Shown piece by piece: positions 1-20,677 of a DNA stretch of 64,000 nucleotides. Positions within the stretch are counted from its first letter, which is position 1. Every line of letters begins with the position of its first letter. This DNA comes from the human T2T-CHM13v2.0 reference genome, Homo sapiens: NCBI RefSeq assembly GCF_009914755.1, contig NC_060943.1. One strand, given 5' to 3'. The notes below the pieces were generated by a model that saw only the letters and a program-made list of their open reading frames with translations, ran no database searches and was not told where the DNA came from. A program made the translations under genes and the position numbers.

Positions 1-91
1 CAGCGAGGTCCAGTGTAGCCACGACCGCACTGGCACAGGAAGGAGCCCTGCGTGTTCACGCACCTGCCCAAGTGCTCGCAGGGGTTGGCGC
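1..91 (-). CDS. NOTCH3: NOTCH3 exon 8 (5' part, runs off window); EGF repeat [30 protein letters not shown]
   Basis: AG acceptor at 92-93; continues the frame from exon 7; EGF cysteine pattern. Confidence 0.96.
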
Positions 92-189
92 CTGCCGGAT
101 GGAGTGCGATCGGTGTGGGCGTGGCTGGCCGGGACCCCCTCCTCTCCCCTCTTTCCCAGCCCATTCACAGACGACGGAGCTCCCCTCAC

Positions 190-345
190 CGATAGAGCAC
201 TCGTCCACATCCTGGTCACATGCCCCACCCGTGAAGCCGGGAGGACAGGTGCAAATGGCCCGGCCGTTCACCGGATTTGTGTCACAGATAGCATCCTCGT
301 GGCAGGGGTTGCTGACACAGGCGTCATCCAGGTGACACAGGAGGC
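190..345 (-). CDS. NOTCH3: NOTCH3 exon 7 (156 bp), EGF repeats
   Basis: [51 protein letters not shown]; AG at 346-347, GT at 188-189. Confidence 0.97.
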
Positions 346-420
346 CTGGGAAGTGGTAAGCAGAAGTCATAGGCAGATCTTCCTGCTCTGCCCAAAAGGC
401 CCACACCCCTTGAGTATTGT

Positions 421-2249
<1,829 letters not shown>

Positions 2250-2340
2250 TAGCATAATCTTTCTAACACTCAAGTCAGACTTCTTATTTGCCCTCACTAA
2301 AAACCATCCATGGCTCCCTGCAGAGAAAACGGCCACTCAC

Positions 2341-2574
2341 CAGTCTTGCCCATGGGGCAGGCACAGTAGAAAGAAGCCACGCGGTCATGGCAGGTGGCCC
2401 CATGGAAGCACACGGCTGTGGCACAGTCATCGATATTCTGACTGCAGCTCTCGCCTGTCCAGCCATTGACACACACGCAGCTGTGGCCACCCAGCGTGTT
2501 GAAGCAGGTACCCCCATTGTGGCAGGCGTTGGGCTGCAGCTGACACTCATCCACGTCCTCCGTGCAGAACTGGC
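2341..2574 (-). CDS. NOTCH3: NOTCH3 exon 6 (234 bp), EGF repeats
   Basis: [21 protein letters not shown]...CACPMGKT; canonical AG/GT flanks. Confidence 0.97.
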
Positions 2575-2661
2575 CTGTGGCACACAGATGCAGCAGTCCA
2601 GCCACCTGGCGCATGTCCACCCGAGGCCTGCCTCCCCGCTCCCTCTGGCCGCAGTGCCCAC

Positions 2662-2784
2662 CTGTCCACTCAGGAGGGCACTGGCAGTTATAGGTGTTGA
2701 CGCCATCCACGCATGTCCCCCCATTGAGACATCGGTGTCCTGGACAGTCGTCCACGTTCACTTCACAATTCTGACCCTCAAACC
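2662..2784 (-). CDS. NOTCH3: NOTCH3 exon 5 (123 bp), EGF repeat
   Basis: [40 protein letters not shown]; canonical AG/GT flanks. Confidence 0.97.
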
Positions 2785-2876
2785 CTAGCAGGGAAGGGGG
2801 CAAGGATGGTCACCGCCGGGCTGGCCTGCTGTCCCCACGCCCACCCCTCTGACTCTCCTGAGTAGGGCTCACTCAC

Positions 2877-3215
2877 CAGGAAGACAGGCACAGTCGTAAG
2901 TGAGGTCGCCACTCTGCCTGCAGGTGCCCCCGTTACGGCATGGTGAGGGCGCACAGGGCACCGCGGGGTTCTCACATAGTGGCCCTGTGTAGCCAGCTGG
3001 ACACTGGCAGCGGAAGGAGCCAGGTGTGTTGAGGCAGGTGCCACCATGGCGGCAGGGCTCACCCACCCGGCACTCATCCACGTCGCTTCGGCAGCTGCGG
3101 CCCTGGTAGCCAGGTGGGCAGGAGCAGAGGAAGCGTCCATCGGGCCCCACTGAGCAGCGGGCACCGTGGGCACAAGGGCTGCTGAGGCAGGGATCTGGCA
3201 GGGAGCAGTCAGGGC
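2877..3215 (-). CDS. NOTCH3: NOTCH3 exon 4 (339 bp), EGF repeats, CADASIL mutation hotspot exon
   Basis: ...GPDGRFLCSCPPGYQGRSCRSDVDECRVGEPCRHGG...YDCACLP; AG at 3216-3217, GTGAGT donor. Confidence 0.97.
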
Positions 3216-3293
3216 CTGGAGGGACCAGGACAGGGTGAGTTTAGGACTGACCACACCCCCGACTACCTCCCCTCCAGACTCTTCCCCTCTCAC

Positions 3294-3436
3294 CTCGGAA
3301 GCCACGGGGGCACCGGCATGAGAATCGGGCGGTGCCAGCCACCACTGAACTCTGGCAGACACCACGGCCAGCACAGGGGCCTGAGTGACAGGGGTCCTCC
3401 AGCTGACACCGCTCACCCACCCAGCCAGGCGGGCAC
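3294..3436 (-). CDS. NOTCH3: NOTCH3 exon 3 (143 bp), EGF repeats
   Basis: CPPGWVGERCQLEDPCHSGPCAGRGVCQSSVVAGTARFSCRCPRGFR; canonical flanks. Confidence 0.97.
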
Positions 3437-3550
3437 CTGTGGGCAGAGATGGCTTGGTTGGGCAGCACAGGGCAGGATGGCCCCAGACACAAAGATACAC
3501 ACAAGACAGGCAAGAAACACGCAGGGAAACAGAGCAGCAAACACACATTT

Positions 3551-3864
<314 letters not shown>

Positions 3865-4055
3865 TCATGCAACGAATATTTACTGAGTACCTACTACGTT
3901 CTGAGCAATACAAATACAGCAACAAACACAATGAAAGGGGTCCCTATCCCTCTGGATCCTTGCAGCCAGGTCCAGGCAAGGAGAACATATACGAATAACA
4001 AATTAATATACAACATGCTGGCAGGGGGCGGTGAAAGCCATCAGAACCATGAAGG

Positions 4056-5444
<1,389 letters not shown>

Positions 5445-5651
5445 AGGGTTAAGGGGGATAGAATGATGGGGTCAAGGAGGTGGAATTCTATTTTCACAGA
5501 CATATGAAGGTAAGGAGGGGGCCATGGGGCTTTCTGGGGAACGGCATTCCAGGCAGAGGGAACAGCAAATGAAAAGTCTCAGACCCATGTCCAAGCGCGG
5601 TGGCTCACGCCTGTAATCCCAACACTTTGGGAGACCGAGGCAGGTAGATCA

Positions 5652-5964
<313 letters not shown>

Positions 5965-6339
5965 CTACACACACAGAGGGACACACCAATTGGACGCCAT
6001 GGCCTGGCCAGCACTCAAGACACCAACCCACAGCATCCCACGCGGAAATGAGCAACTCTCACTCACAGGGACAGACAGCAGGGCTCCCACAAACCCTCAA
6101 GTCCCTTCTCTGGGACTTATATAGCCTCTTATGCAGGGATGGGAGGGTGGAGGGTTGGGGTACTGACACCACTGTTGGTACCCTCATCTTGGGGGGGTGG
6201 TCCTTCAACCTGCAGCCCCCTCCCCAAGCCCACCAAGGAGTGTGAGGAATTGGAACTGGGAGGGGTTGGTCTTAAGACTGGAAATCTCCAAGGGGCACTA
6301 GCGGGGTCAGAGGGAGGGGCTTAGAGAAGCCAGAGAGTC

Positions 6340-7280
6340 CAAGCTCCGCCCCCCGACGCTGCCAACCCTCACCCCCCTCTATCCCCCCACCCTCCGCCCC
6401 TGGCGCGGTTGTCCTCCCTCCGGCTTGTCCCAGACGCCTGAGACTGAACTCAACAAGCGGCTGACTCAGTCCTTAGCGTCACCCGCAAGATCCCCCCCAC
6501 CCCGGCCCCCAGCGAAACAGGTCGGGGCACGGCCGAGCAAGCAAGGGTGCGGGTGGCGTTGGGAGGGGAGGGCACAGCTCCCGTCCCCTCCTCCAAGGCC
6601 CGCAGGGCGACCACTGCGGCCCCGACCGCGCGTCGGGAGGGGGCGCGCTGCGCTGGGCGCCGAGGATAGCTGGTCCCACCGCCAGGCAGGGCGCGACCCG
6701 CGCGGGCCCCCTCCCGACGCCCCGGGCGGGTTCCCACGCTCTGCGTCCCGCGCCCCCGCCGACCGGTCGGGCCGGTTCCAGCCCCAGCCCGCGCCCCGCC
6801 CCACGGCCTAAGCTTTGGGGGAGACGGAGGGGGGAGCGCAGACCTAGTTAGGGGGGGCACGGCGGGTGAGGCGAGGACTAGGAGATGGGGACGAGGTCTA
6901 TGGAAACGTCTGCTGCCGGTGGGGGGGTCTTGGGGGATCCATGGGTGGGGTGACAGCTTGGGGGCATCCTTGAAAGGACTTGAGTATTTGAGACCGTGAA
7001 AGAGACTCGTGGGGGGTGGAGGGCGTGTAGGGAGTGGTTCCCACAGCCCAACTCGGAGGACTGAGCCCGCTCCACTCCGGGCGATCCGGGCTCCGGGCGC
7101 CGCGCGCGCCGGTGATTCACCTGTCGAAGGGCGGGGCAGCCGCGGGCTCATTCACCTGTCGGCAGTATTCCAGGCGCGGAGCTCCACTGCGCAGGCGCCC
7201 GGCCCCACCGCTCGCCCTCCCAGGTGTGTGGCTCCAGGTAAGGTCACACTTTTCCCCATCCCGCCCCACCTTCGCAGACC
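6340..7280. promoter_or_regulatory. NOTCH3 intron 2 CpG island / enhancer with RBPJ, ZEB/E-box and AP-1 motifs
   Basis: TTCCCACG 6731-6738, TTCCCACA 7038-7045, CACCTG 7118-7123 and 7153-7158, CAGGTG 7221-7226, TGACTCA 6462-6468. Confidence 0.75.
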
Positions 7281-7589
7281 CCCCAGCCCCAGGAAACCCT
7301 CTCAGTCAGGCTCAGCCCTCCACAAAGGTGAGCCCGAGTGGGAGATCCAGCCAAAATAAATGTAGGTGTAACTTCAAAGCGGCTCTTCTTGGTCTAAAAT
7401 CACCCCAGACCCACCCAGCTTGGGCCTGACCCAGTACTTGGCACACATGATGCTGAAGAAATGAATACATTAATGAGTCAATCAATGGCTACTGCGTGAA
7501 CTGCTGTTATTAATGATAGCATGAAAGGAGCCAAGCATTTCCTCATAACCTTGAGAGACTTCTCCTTAGAGCACCTGTTTCCTGCCTCC

Positions 7590-8230
7590 CTACCATTATT
7601 ATTTATAATAATGCCTATGTTGAGCACATACTATATTCTGAGCACTTAATGTATGTTGAGTGCATACAGGAGTTATTATTGCCCCATTTTCCAGATGCAA
7701 AAACTGAGGCTCAAAAAGCTTGAATGCTCAAGGTGTCCCAGACCCCAGAATTTAAGCTGAGCTCTTTCTGTCTCTGCTCAGCTCCTTCCCAGCCTCTGCT
7801 CTGCTCCCTGCAACCTCTTGCCTTTCCTTGTGATATCTAACAACTAAATTGTTAAGTCCCTTCACAGTCGCCAGTGAAGCATTCCCTATTTCACAGGTGC
7901 AATGATGATCAGAGAGGGAAAGTGACTAGCCCAAAGTCACACTGCAAGTAAGTGGCAGTGTGGGACTGTATTATAGGCCTCCTATGTCCCCCTCCACTAA
8001 ATGTTGAGAGATGGGAGGGGTGTGGAGGGTGTGAGCCACTGCGATTGGTCCCTGATAGTTTGTTGATTGAATAATACCTACCTCATGGGGGGCTTTACAT
8101 GTGACCTCAGGTGGCCAAGAACTGTGAAGCTGGGATTACTGGGCCCATTTTGCAGACCATGACACTGAGACGTAAAGAGTTTAATTCCTAGCCGGTCAGC
8201 AACATGATGTGGGACTTGAACCCATGCCAA
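7590..8230. mobile_element. MIR fragments
   Basis: MIR core matches CCCATTTTCCAGATGCAAAAACTGAGGCTCA, AAGTGACTAGCCCAAAGTCACAC, CCCATTTTGCAGA. Confidence 0.7.
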
Positions 8231-8413
8231 GAAGAGTGCAGAGCCCCTGCTCAGTTTCCAATGGGGAAACACGAGAGGTTGCCCAAGCCACACACATGTA
8301 GGAAGTGGTAGAGACATCCATGGTGAACACAGAGGCAGAGGGAGAAGACAAATCGCCCCTCCCCCCCGCCCCCACACACAGGGCCCACTGGTGGCTCTGA
8401 GCCAGGCACTCAC

Positions 8414-8492
8414 AGGCAGGCAGCCTCCCGGGAGGGCAGCTGGGTGCAACGACCTCCATTTGCACACGGGCTTCCGTCCAGGCAAGGGGGGG
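8414..8492 (-). CDS. NOTCH3: NOTCH3 exon 2 (79 bp), start of EGF repeat 1
   Basis: Translates PPCLDGSPCANGGRCTQLPSREAACL; AG at 8493-8494 after a pyrimidine tract, GTGAGT donor; joins exons 1 and 3 in frame. Confidence 0.95.
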
Positions 8493-9203
8493 CTGTGTGG
8501 GGGTGAAGGAAGGTGGAGGATCAGCCAGGTGCCCAGGAACCCCAGGCCCAAGTGACAAACCCCCTCCCTCCCTCCACCAGGCAACAGCTGCATGGGGATG
8601 GGGGCGTCTCTGCGGGTGCAGGGAGTCCCCCCATCCACAGTTCCCACGCCCCCCCCCCCACCCCGCCCCAGCCCCAGCTGTTGAGGCTGCAGCTGTCCCT
8701 GCCAGCTCGAGCCCTGGGAACCACAAAGCAGGGGAAGGCAGGAGGAGGGGCTGTCTTATGCCAGATGTGGGGGCTCGGGAAGCTGCCAGAGCTAAGATGT
8801 GCAGAATGGGGTGTGCTGAGACAGGAAGTAAGGGTGCTGAGTGTTACAGGGAGGTCTGGGGCTTCATGCCCAGGTTCAGGGGTAATAGAAGGGGAAGGGG
8901 CAGGGGATCCTAGGGCCACGGGTCTTCCTTTCCCTGATGGGCATCTACTCCAGCCAGGCAGGCCTGCGTGGTGCTCTTGGGAGAGGGACCAAGGCATGTA
9001 CCCACGAGTGAGCACAGCATCTCCAGAAGCAGCCAGCGCTGGGCGTTGCTGGAATAGGGTGTGTGTTGAAGGGAGGGGCAACTGGCACAAGGCATGTGCT
9101 GCCCTGTCCAACATCGCCATCCCTAAGGGCTGTGTCCCTCTAGGGTGTGGCATAGTCTAACTGTCCTGCCAGAAGGGTCCAGGGTGTGGCTGGGTCTGAG
9201 CTA

Positions 9204-10619
<1,416 letters not shown>

Positions 10620-10625
<6 letters not shown>

Positions 10626-11330
10626 GCCGCTGGTCCGGCGGAGGCGGCGGCTCCTGCCTGGTCCTGCCCCGTCCGGGCCCCGGGGCTGGGCTGGGGAGGC
10701 CGTTCACTCCCGAAACCCCCACCCCGCCCAGCGCCAAGCCCCACACTGGCGTCTGGGACCCCTGGCCAGGGGCCTTGGCCCGCGCCCCTCCCCCGCCCAC
10801 CAGGCCTCCCGTAGCGGTGAGGGGGGTGCCCCCGCAGCCCCCTCCCCGGCCCAGCCGCGGGTCCCGCTTTGTCTGGCAAAGAAAGCGCGAGGCCGGCCGG
10901 AGGGAGGGGGTGTCTAGACGGCGCGGCCATTGTCCCGAGCGGGGGAGGGGAGGGAGGAGAGGAGGAGGGGCGGGGGGCCCCTGGCCGGCTGGGGAGGGGC
11001 TCTGGCCGCGGGGAGGGGGCGCTGGAGCCGAAGGGGAGCACGTGGGCCCTCGCCCCTTCCCCTCCCCGCGCAGGGGCGGGGTCCCAGGGCCTCCGGGTCC
11101 CCGCGGCCAGAGGAGAGAGGCGGGCTGCGGGCGGGGGAGGGGGCGCGCGCGCCGCCGAGGCTCCGGCTCGGAATCCGGCTCCGGGTCTTGCTGCGCGCCG
11201 GCCTGGGAAGTTTTCTCCGAGTTCAGAGCTCCCAGAACTTCGCGCCCCCTCCCCACCCCCCGCCTGGCCCAGCCCGCCCGGGGTGTCGGGGGCGGGGTGG
11301 GGGGGCTTTTGTGCGAGAGGTCCCCGGCCT
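10620..11330. promoter_or_regulatory. CpG island in NOTCH3 intron 1 (G-run rich)
   Basis: Dense CpG and many GGG runs; no repeat signature. Confidence 0.7.
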
Positions 11331-11599
11331 AGAAGTACCTGGGCCCCCAATCATAACCTACCCAGGACTCCAGGCGTGAGTTGGATGGGGACGAGTCCCG
11401 AACTCTGTACGCACCCCCCCACCTCGAGTCCCTGATCCCCGCACCTCGAGCTCCCAGTCTCGGACTCCTGGGTCCCTTCATCTTCAGCTCTAATCGCTCA
11501 AGGGTCCCTGTTCCTTGGGCCTCTGGGGTCCTCCCCATTCTGAATCTCTGGGTCCTCCAGGACTGGCATGAAGCCCGGGGCTCCTGCGCCCCTTCCCCG

Positions 11600-12130
11600 A
11601 CCCTGGTTCCTGCCTCCCATGAACCCCCGCCAGCCCCGGCCTTGGGGGTTCTTGCACTCCCCCTCTGCCGCCCTCGTCCCATCCGCCAGGTCCCGGCCCC
11701 TCACCTGCAGCCCCCGGCCCCGCTAGCAGCAGCAGCAGGGGCAGCGCCCGCACGGGTGGCGGTGGCGGTGGCGGCGACATCGGGCGACGGCGGCGGCGGC
11801 GGCCACGGGCCCCCGGCCCCATGGCGGCCGGCCGCGACCCTCCCCTCCTCCCTCCTTCCCTGGGCTCCGGGCGCGTCCCGGGCCAGCCTCCGCGCCGCCA
11901 ACTTCGCCGAAGTGAGGCGGCCGGGCCGCCCCGCCCCCAGCCCTCGAAGGCTCGCCCCGCCCCGGGGCCGGCCCAGCGCGCCCCCGCCCCCCGCCCGGCC
12001 TCCCGGGGTCCCTGCCCACCCTCCACCCGCACAGCCTGGGACGCGCGGACCCTCGGAAACCCAGGCCGAGCATGCAGTGAGACGCGGGCAGAACCCGGAG
12101 TGGCGGGCACACCCAACCTCGTGAACGCCC
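11600..12130 (-). promoter_or_regulatory. NOTCH3: NOTCH3 CpG-island promoter and 5' UTR (TATA-less, GC boxes)
   Basis: Very high GC/CpG content; several CCCCGCCC Sp/KLF boxes at 11920-12000 just upstream of the ATG exon. Confidence 0.88.
11705..11822 (-). CDS. NOTCH3: NOTCH3 exon 1 coding part (118 bp): start codon and signal peptide
   Basis: GCCGCCATGG Kozak context; MGPGARGRRRRRRPMSPPPPPPPVRALPLLLLLAGPGAA; CAG|GTGAGG donor. Confidence 0.97.
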
Positions 12131-13086
12131 ACGCACCCCATCCCCATCCCCCAGTACACACCCAGAGCCGGACACCTCTGGAGCCGGGACAAAAAACACA
12201 GCCTCCCAGAAACTCTGGAAACTGAGGCCAGTCACGTCCTGAGAGGCTCATGGACCCACAGCCACGGACGCACAAATGCAAGCCCATGCACCAAGCTTCC
12301 CCAGGACTCTGATCTAAAACATTCACAAACCTAAAAGTCGGACCGGGCGCGGTGGCTCCGGCCTGTAATCCCAGCACTTTGAGAGGCAGAGGTGGATGGA
12401 TCACTTGAGGTCAAGAGTTGGAGACCAGCCTGGCCAACATGGTGAAACCCGGACTCTACTGAAAATACAAAAATTAGCTGAGCGTGGTGGCGCACGCCTG
12501 TAGTCCCAGCTATTCGAGAGGCTGAAGCAGGAAAATCGCTTCAACCCAGGAGGCTGAGGTTGCACTTAGCCGAAATCGTACCACTGCGCTCCAGCCTGGG
12601 CAACAGAGTAAGACCCTGTCTCAAACAAAACAAACAAACAAAAAACCGCTAAAACTCACTCAGCCAGGCCAGGAGCCTAGGACTACATTTGCAGCCTCAG
12701 ACCTCAGACACGTACTAGGAGTCACATGCATGTGTGTGTGTTCACACATGCACACACAAACTCTTCTTGCTCTCAGCCCTCCCAGAAAGCAACCCACTTC
12801 CTCTGTGACTCTCAAAGGGTCACCCCAGCCCCCTAGTCCCACCCCCATACCCCACACAGCTTTGGGCCTCAGCCTATCTGGCTCAATTTGATTAATTCTC
12901 TTTTCTTTTTTTTTTTTTTTTTGAGACAGCGTGTCGCTCTGTCACCCAGGCTGGAGTGCAGTGTCCCTATCTTGGCTCACTGCAAGCTCTACCTCCCAGG
13001 TTCAAGCGATTCTCCTTCCTCAGCCCCCACCCCCACAATCTGCCAAGTAGCTGGGATTAGAGGTGTGCGCCACCATACGTGGCTAA

Positions 13087-13290
<204 letters not shown>

Positions 13291-14176
13291 TAGTAGAGAC
13301 GGGGTTTCACCGTGTCAGCCAGGATGGTCTCGATCTCCTGACCTCGTGATCTGCCTGCCTCAGCCTCCCAAAGTGTTGGGATTACAGGCGTGAGCCACCG
13401 CGCCCAGCTTCTATTTTTTTAGTAGAGACTGGGTTTTGCCATGTTGGCCAGGCTGGTCTCGAACTCCTGACTTCAAGTGATCCGCCCGCCTCAGCCTCCC
13501 AAAGTGCTGGGATTACAGGCGTGAGCCACCACGCCCAGCCTTGATCAATTGCCTTTTCCCAAATCAGTCATGCTGCACAGGCTTCCTGCAGCTCCCTCTG
13601 TTCCTGTGGAAAGAATGGGGACCCTGAGAGGCCTGGAGCCCAGCCCTGGAGGAACTTCCAGTCTGGGGAAGAAAAAGCTAGACGCACACACACCCAGTGT
13701 GGAGGGCTCAGGGCTGGGCCAGAGAAAGGCATGGAATCTGGGAAGGGCCTGGGGTACACGGGTGGTGGGTGAGGACTTTGCCTGGGAGGGTTATTTATTT
13801 GTTCATTCATGTATTCAACAAGTATGGCTAAGGCTCCAGCCCTGTATCACACTCTGTTCTATGGACTGGGGGTGCACCCTGGAGGGCGTCCAAGAGGACG
13901 TCCAGTGGGGCTTGGCCCTGAAAGTTGAGCTGGAGGGAAGTCATCCCAGCAGAGGGACTGGCCCATGCCAACAGGAAGGGACAGAGTTGGAAGGGAACGT
14001 GTACAGGCCAGAGGTTAAGAGGAGAAAGGAGCCATGCTTACTCCTTGGTATCTGGCTTGGTGATAAGGATGCTGGAAGAAGGAATGGGTTGGGTGGAGGA
14101 GAGATGCTGGGTTTGAGGGGGTCACCTACAAGGCAGGTATGGCTGAGCATGGGAGAACCATTCTGGTAGGAGATAG

Positions 14177-14407
<231 letters not shown>

Positions 14408-14523
14408 TAGTCTCAAACTCTTGAACTCAGGTGATCTACCCTCCTCTGCCTCCCAAAGTGCTGGGATTACAGGCATGAGCCACCACGCCGGGCCAATTTT
14501 TTTTTTTTTTTTTTTTTTTTTGA

Positions 14524-14682
<159 letters not shown>

Positions 14683-14743
14683 TAGTAGAGACAGAGTTTC
14701 TCCATGTTGGTCAGGCTGGTCTCCAACTCCCGACCTCAGGTGA

Positions 14744-15043
<300 letters not shown>

Positions 15044-15223
15044 TGATCTACCCACCTCAGCCTCCCAAAGTGCTGGAATTACAGGCGTGAGCCACCATGC
15101 CTGGCCACAGTTTTTTTAACTTTTTATTTGAAAATAATTTAAGCCGGGCGCGGTGGCTCATGCCTGTAATCCCAGCTCTCAGGGAGGCAAGAGGCGGGAG
15201 GATAGCTTGAGCCCAGGAGTTCA

Positions 15224-15430
<207 letters not shown>

Positions 15431-15864
15431 CTATAAAAAATTAAAATAAAATTAAGAGGGTGTAGTGGTGAGCGCCTGTAGTCCCAGCTACTTGGGAGGC
15501 TGAAGTGGGAGGATCACTTGAGCCTGGATGTCACTGCACTTCAGCCTGGGCAACAGAGCAAGAACCAACTTCAAAACAAAAACAAAAAAAAACTGAGAGT
15601 TACAGAATAGCATGAACAACTTGTATAAGCCCTTTGTCCAGATTCACCAACCACCCACATTTTGCCACATTTGACATATATGTGTACATATACGTTATAC
15701 ACATATGCATATATGCATTTTTTGGCTAAATGATTTGAGAGTAAGTTGTAGATATGATGTTCCTTTGCCTTCAAATACTTTGCTGTGTGTTTCCTGAGAA
15801 CAAGGGTATCCTCTTTCATAAACATACTACAGTTTTTGCCCCAGTCTGTATTCAAAGTTTGCTA

Positions 15865-16005
<141 letters not shown>

Positions 16006-16016
16006 CTACAAAACTA

Positions 16017-16506
<490 letters not shown>

Positions 16507-16567
16507 TTAAATCTTTTATTGCAATGTTTCTTTGCTGGCCCAGGATCTATCTAATGCTGCATCATGA

Positions 16568-16732
<165 letters not shown>

Positions 16733-17850
16733 TAGCTAGGATTCTCCTGCCTCAGCCCCCCAAGTAGCTAGCCACCACACCCGGCTAATTCTAATCCTTA
16801 TATCTCTTGGTCTCTTTTAATCTGAATTGGTTCCTCAGTCTTTCTTTGTCTTTCATGACACTGACGTTTTTGGAGAGCTGAGGTCAGTTGTGCAGAATGG
16901 CCAGCAGTTGTGCAGGAATGGCTGGCCTGCCATTTCCTCGTGATCAGGTTCAGGCTGTGCATCTTCGGCAGAAACCACAGAAGCATTGCTGGGTCCTCCT
17001 GGGTGCATCGTATCAGGAGGTTCCTGACATCAGTTCCCAGCATTGGTGATGTTCAGCTGTCATCACCGGGGCAAAGTTGGTCAAGTTTCCCTGCTATAAG
17101 GGTGCCATTTTCCTCCCTTTCCATCCTCCCCCTTTGTAAGGGGGATGAAAGTTGAATGACTGACCAGGGGCTAGCATCGCAGAACAGTTACCCTATAGGG
17201 AGATACATTGAGACCGTGTGAATATCCTACTGCCCAATAAGCTTTCCCCCATAGATTTTAGCATCTTTTGATTATTTCTCCTGATCATTGTTTTGCTTTC
17301 TTTTTTTGTTCGTTTGTTTTTGTTGTTGTTGTTGTTGTTTTCTTTCTTTCTTTCTTTTTTTTTTTTTTGAGACAGTGTCTTGCTCTGTTTCCCAGGCAGG
17401 GTTCCAGTGGCACAATCATAGTTCACTGCAGCCTCGAACTCCTGGGCCCAAGTGACCCTCCTTCCTCAGCCTCCCGAGTAGCTGGGACTATAGACACGCC
17501 CCACAACTCCTGGCCTTCTCTGGTGCTTTTTGTTTTAATTGAGGTAAAATTCACATAACGTAAAATTAAACATTGACCACTTTAAAGTGTGTTCATACTG
17601 TGTGACCATCACCTCTAGTTACAGATCATTTCCATCCCTGCAAACGGAAACCTCCCCATTCTCCCTCCTCCAGGCCCTCGAACCCACTAATCCACTTTCT
17701 GTCTCTATGAATTTATCCATTCTGGGCATTTCGTGTCAATGGAATCATACACTATGTAGCCTTTTGTGTCTGGCTTCTCATCATGTTTTTGGGGTTGTTC
17801 TATGTTTTAGCATGGATCCTGGCTTCCTTCCTTTTAATTTTATTTTATTA

Positions 17851-18004
<154 letters not shown>

Positions 18005-18601
18005 TGAATAGCTGTGACTACAGGTACTTGCCACCACACTCAGCTAATTTTTGTATTTTTAGTAGTTAATAATCCTAGTTATTTTGTAAAAATATAAAAA
18101 TTTATGTTTTTAATAGAGCCTCACCATGTTGGCCAGGCTGGTCTCAGCCTCCCAAAGTGCTGGGATTACAGGCATGAGCCACTGTGCCCGGCCTTCCTTC
18201 CTTTTTATGGCTAAGTAATATTTCATTGAATGGCTATACCACACATTACTTATCCAGTGGTCCATTAATACTTTGGATGGATGATTTTTTTTTTTTTTGA
18301 GACGGAGTCTCACTCTGTCACCCAGGCTGGAGTGCAGTGGTGTGATCTCAGCTCACTGCAACCTCCGCCTCCTGGATTCAATCAATTCTCTGCCTCAGCT
18401 CTCAAGTAACTGGGATTACAGGCACTCACCACCATGCCTGACTAATTTTTGTATTTTAGTAGAAACGAGGGTTTCACTATCTTGGCCAGGCTGGTCTCGA
18501 ACTCCTGACCTTGTGATCCACCCGCCTCGGCCTCCCAAAATGCTGGGATTACAGGCATGAACCACTGTGCCTGGCTGGATGGATTTTTTTTTTTTTTTTG
18601 A

Positions 18602-18703
<102 letters not shown>

Positions 18704-18710
18704 TGAGTAG

Positions 18711-18827
<117 letters not shown>

Positions 18828-19247
18828 TAGCCTCCCAAAGCGCTGGATTACAGGCGTGAGCCACCACGCCTGGCTGGATGGATGATTTTTAAAGGCTGAA
18901 AGAGAAAGAAGCAAAGGAGACAGAGAAGGATTGTCAAAGAGAGACAGCCGGGCATGGTGGCTCATGCCTGTAATCACACTTTAGGAGGCAGATGCAGAAG
19001 AATTGCTTGAGCTCAGGAATTCCAGATAAGCCTGGGCAACATAGTGAAATCCCATCTCTATAAAAAATTTTAAAATTGCCGGGTGTGGTGGCTCACCCCT
19101 GTAATCCCACCATTTGGGAGGCCAAGGCGGGAGGATCATAAGTTCAGGAGATGGAGACCATCCTGGCTAACATGGTGAAACCCCGTCCCTACTAAAAAAT
19201 ACGAAAAATTAGCCAGGCATGGTGGCACGTGCCTGTAGTCCCAGCTA

Positions 19248-19352
<105 letters not shown>

Positions 19353-19901
19353 TCACAAAAAAAAAAAAAAAAAAAATTAATTATCTGGGCATGGGCACAC
19401 ACTGGTAGTCCCAGCTACTTAAGAGTCTGAGGGGCTGGGCGCGGTGGCTCACATCTGTAATCCCAGTACTTTGGGAGGCCGAGGCGGGCGGATCATGAGG
19501 TCAGGAGATCGAGACCATCCTGGCTAACACGGTGAAACCCTGTCTCTATTTAAAAAATACAAAAAATTAGCCGGGCGTGGTGATGGGCGCCTGTAGTCCC
19601 AGCTACTCGGGAGGTTGAGGCAGGAGAATGGTGTGAACCTGGGAGACAGAGCTTTCAGTGAGCCGAGATCGTGCCACTGCACTCCAGCCTGGGCGACACA
19701 GCGAGACTCCATCTCAAAAAAAAAAAAAAAAAAAAAAAAGAAGAGGCTGAGGCGGAAGGATCGCTTGAGCCCAGGAGTTCCAGGCTGCAGTGAGCTATGA
19801 TCACACCACTGCACTCCAACCTGGGTGACAGAGCTGTCTCAAAAAGAGAGAGAGAGAGAGAGTGCTAAGGATGAAAGTTGAGGCCCGGGCACAGTGGCTC
19901 A

Positions 19902-20677
<776 letters not shown>

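Noticed and set aside
11490-12404. 304-aa ORF extending NOTCH3 exon 1 upstream
   Set aside because: It starts inside an Alu upstream of the promoter and reads through the donor; openness is explained by GC richness. The true start is the Kozak ATG at 11822.
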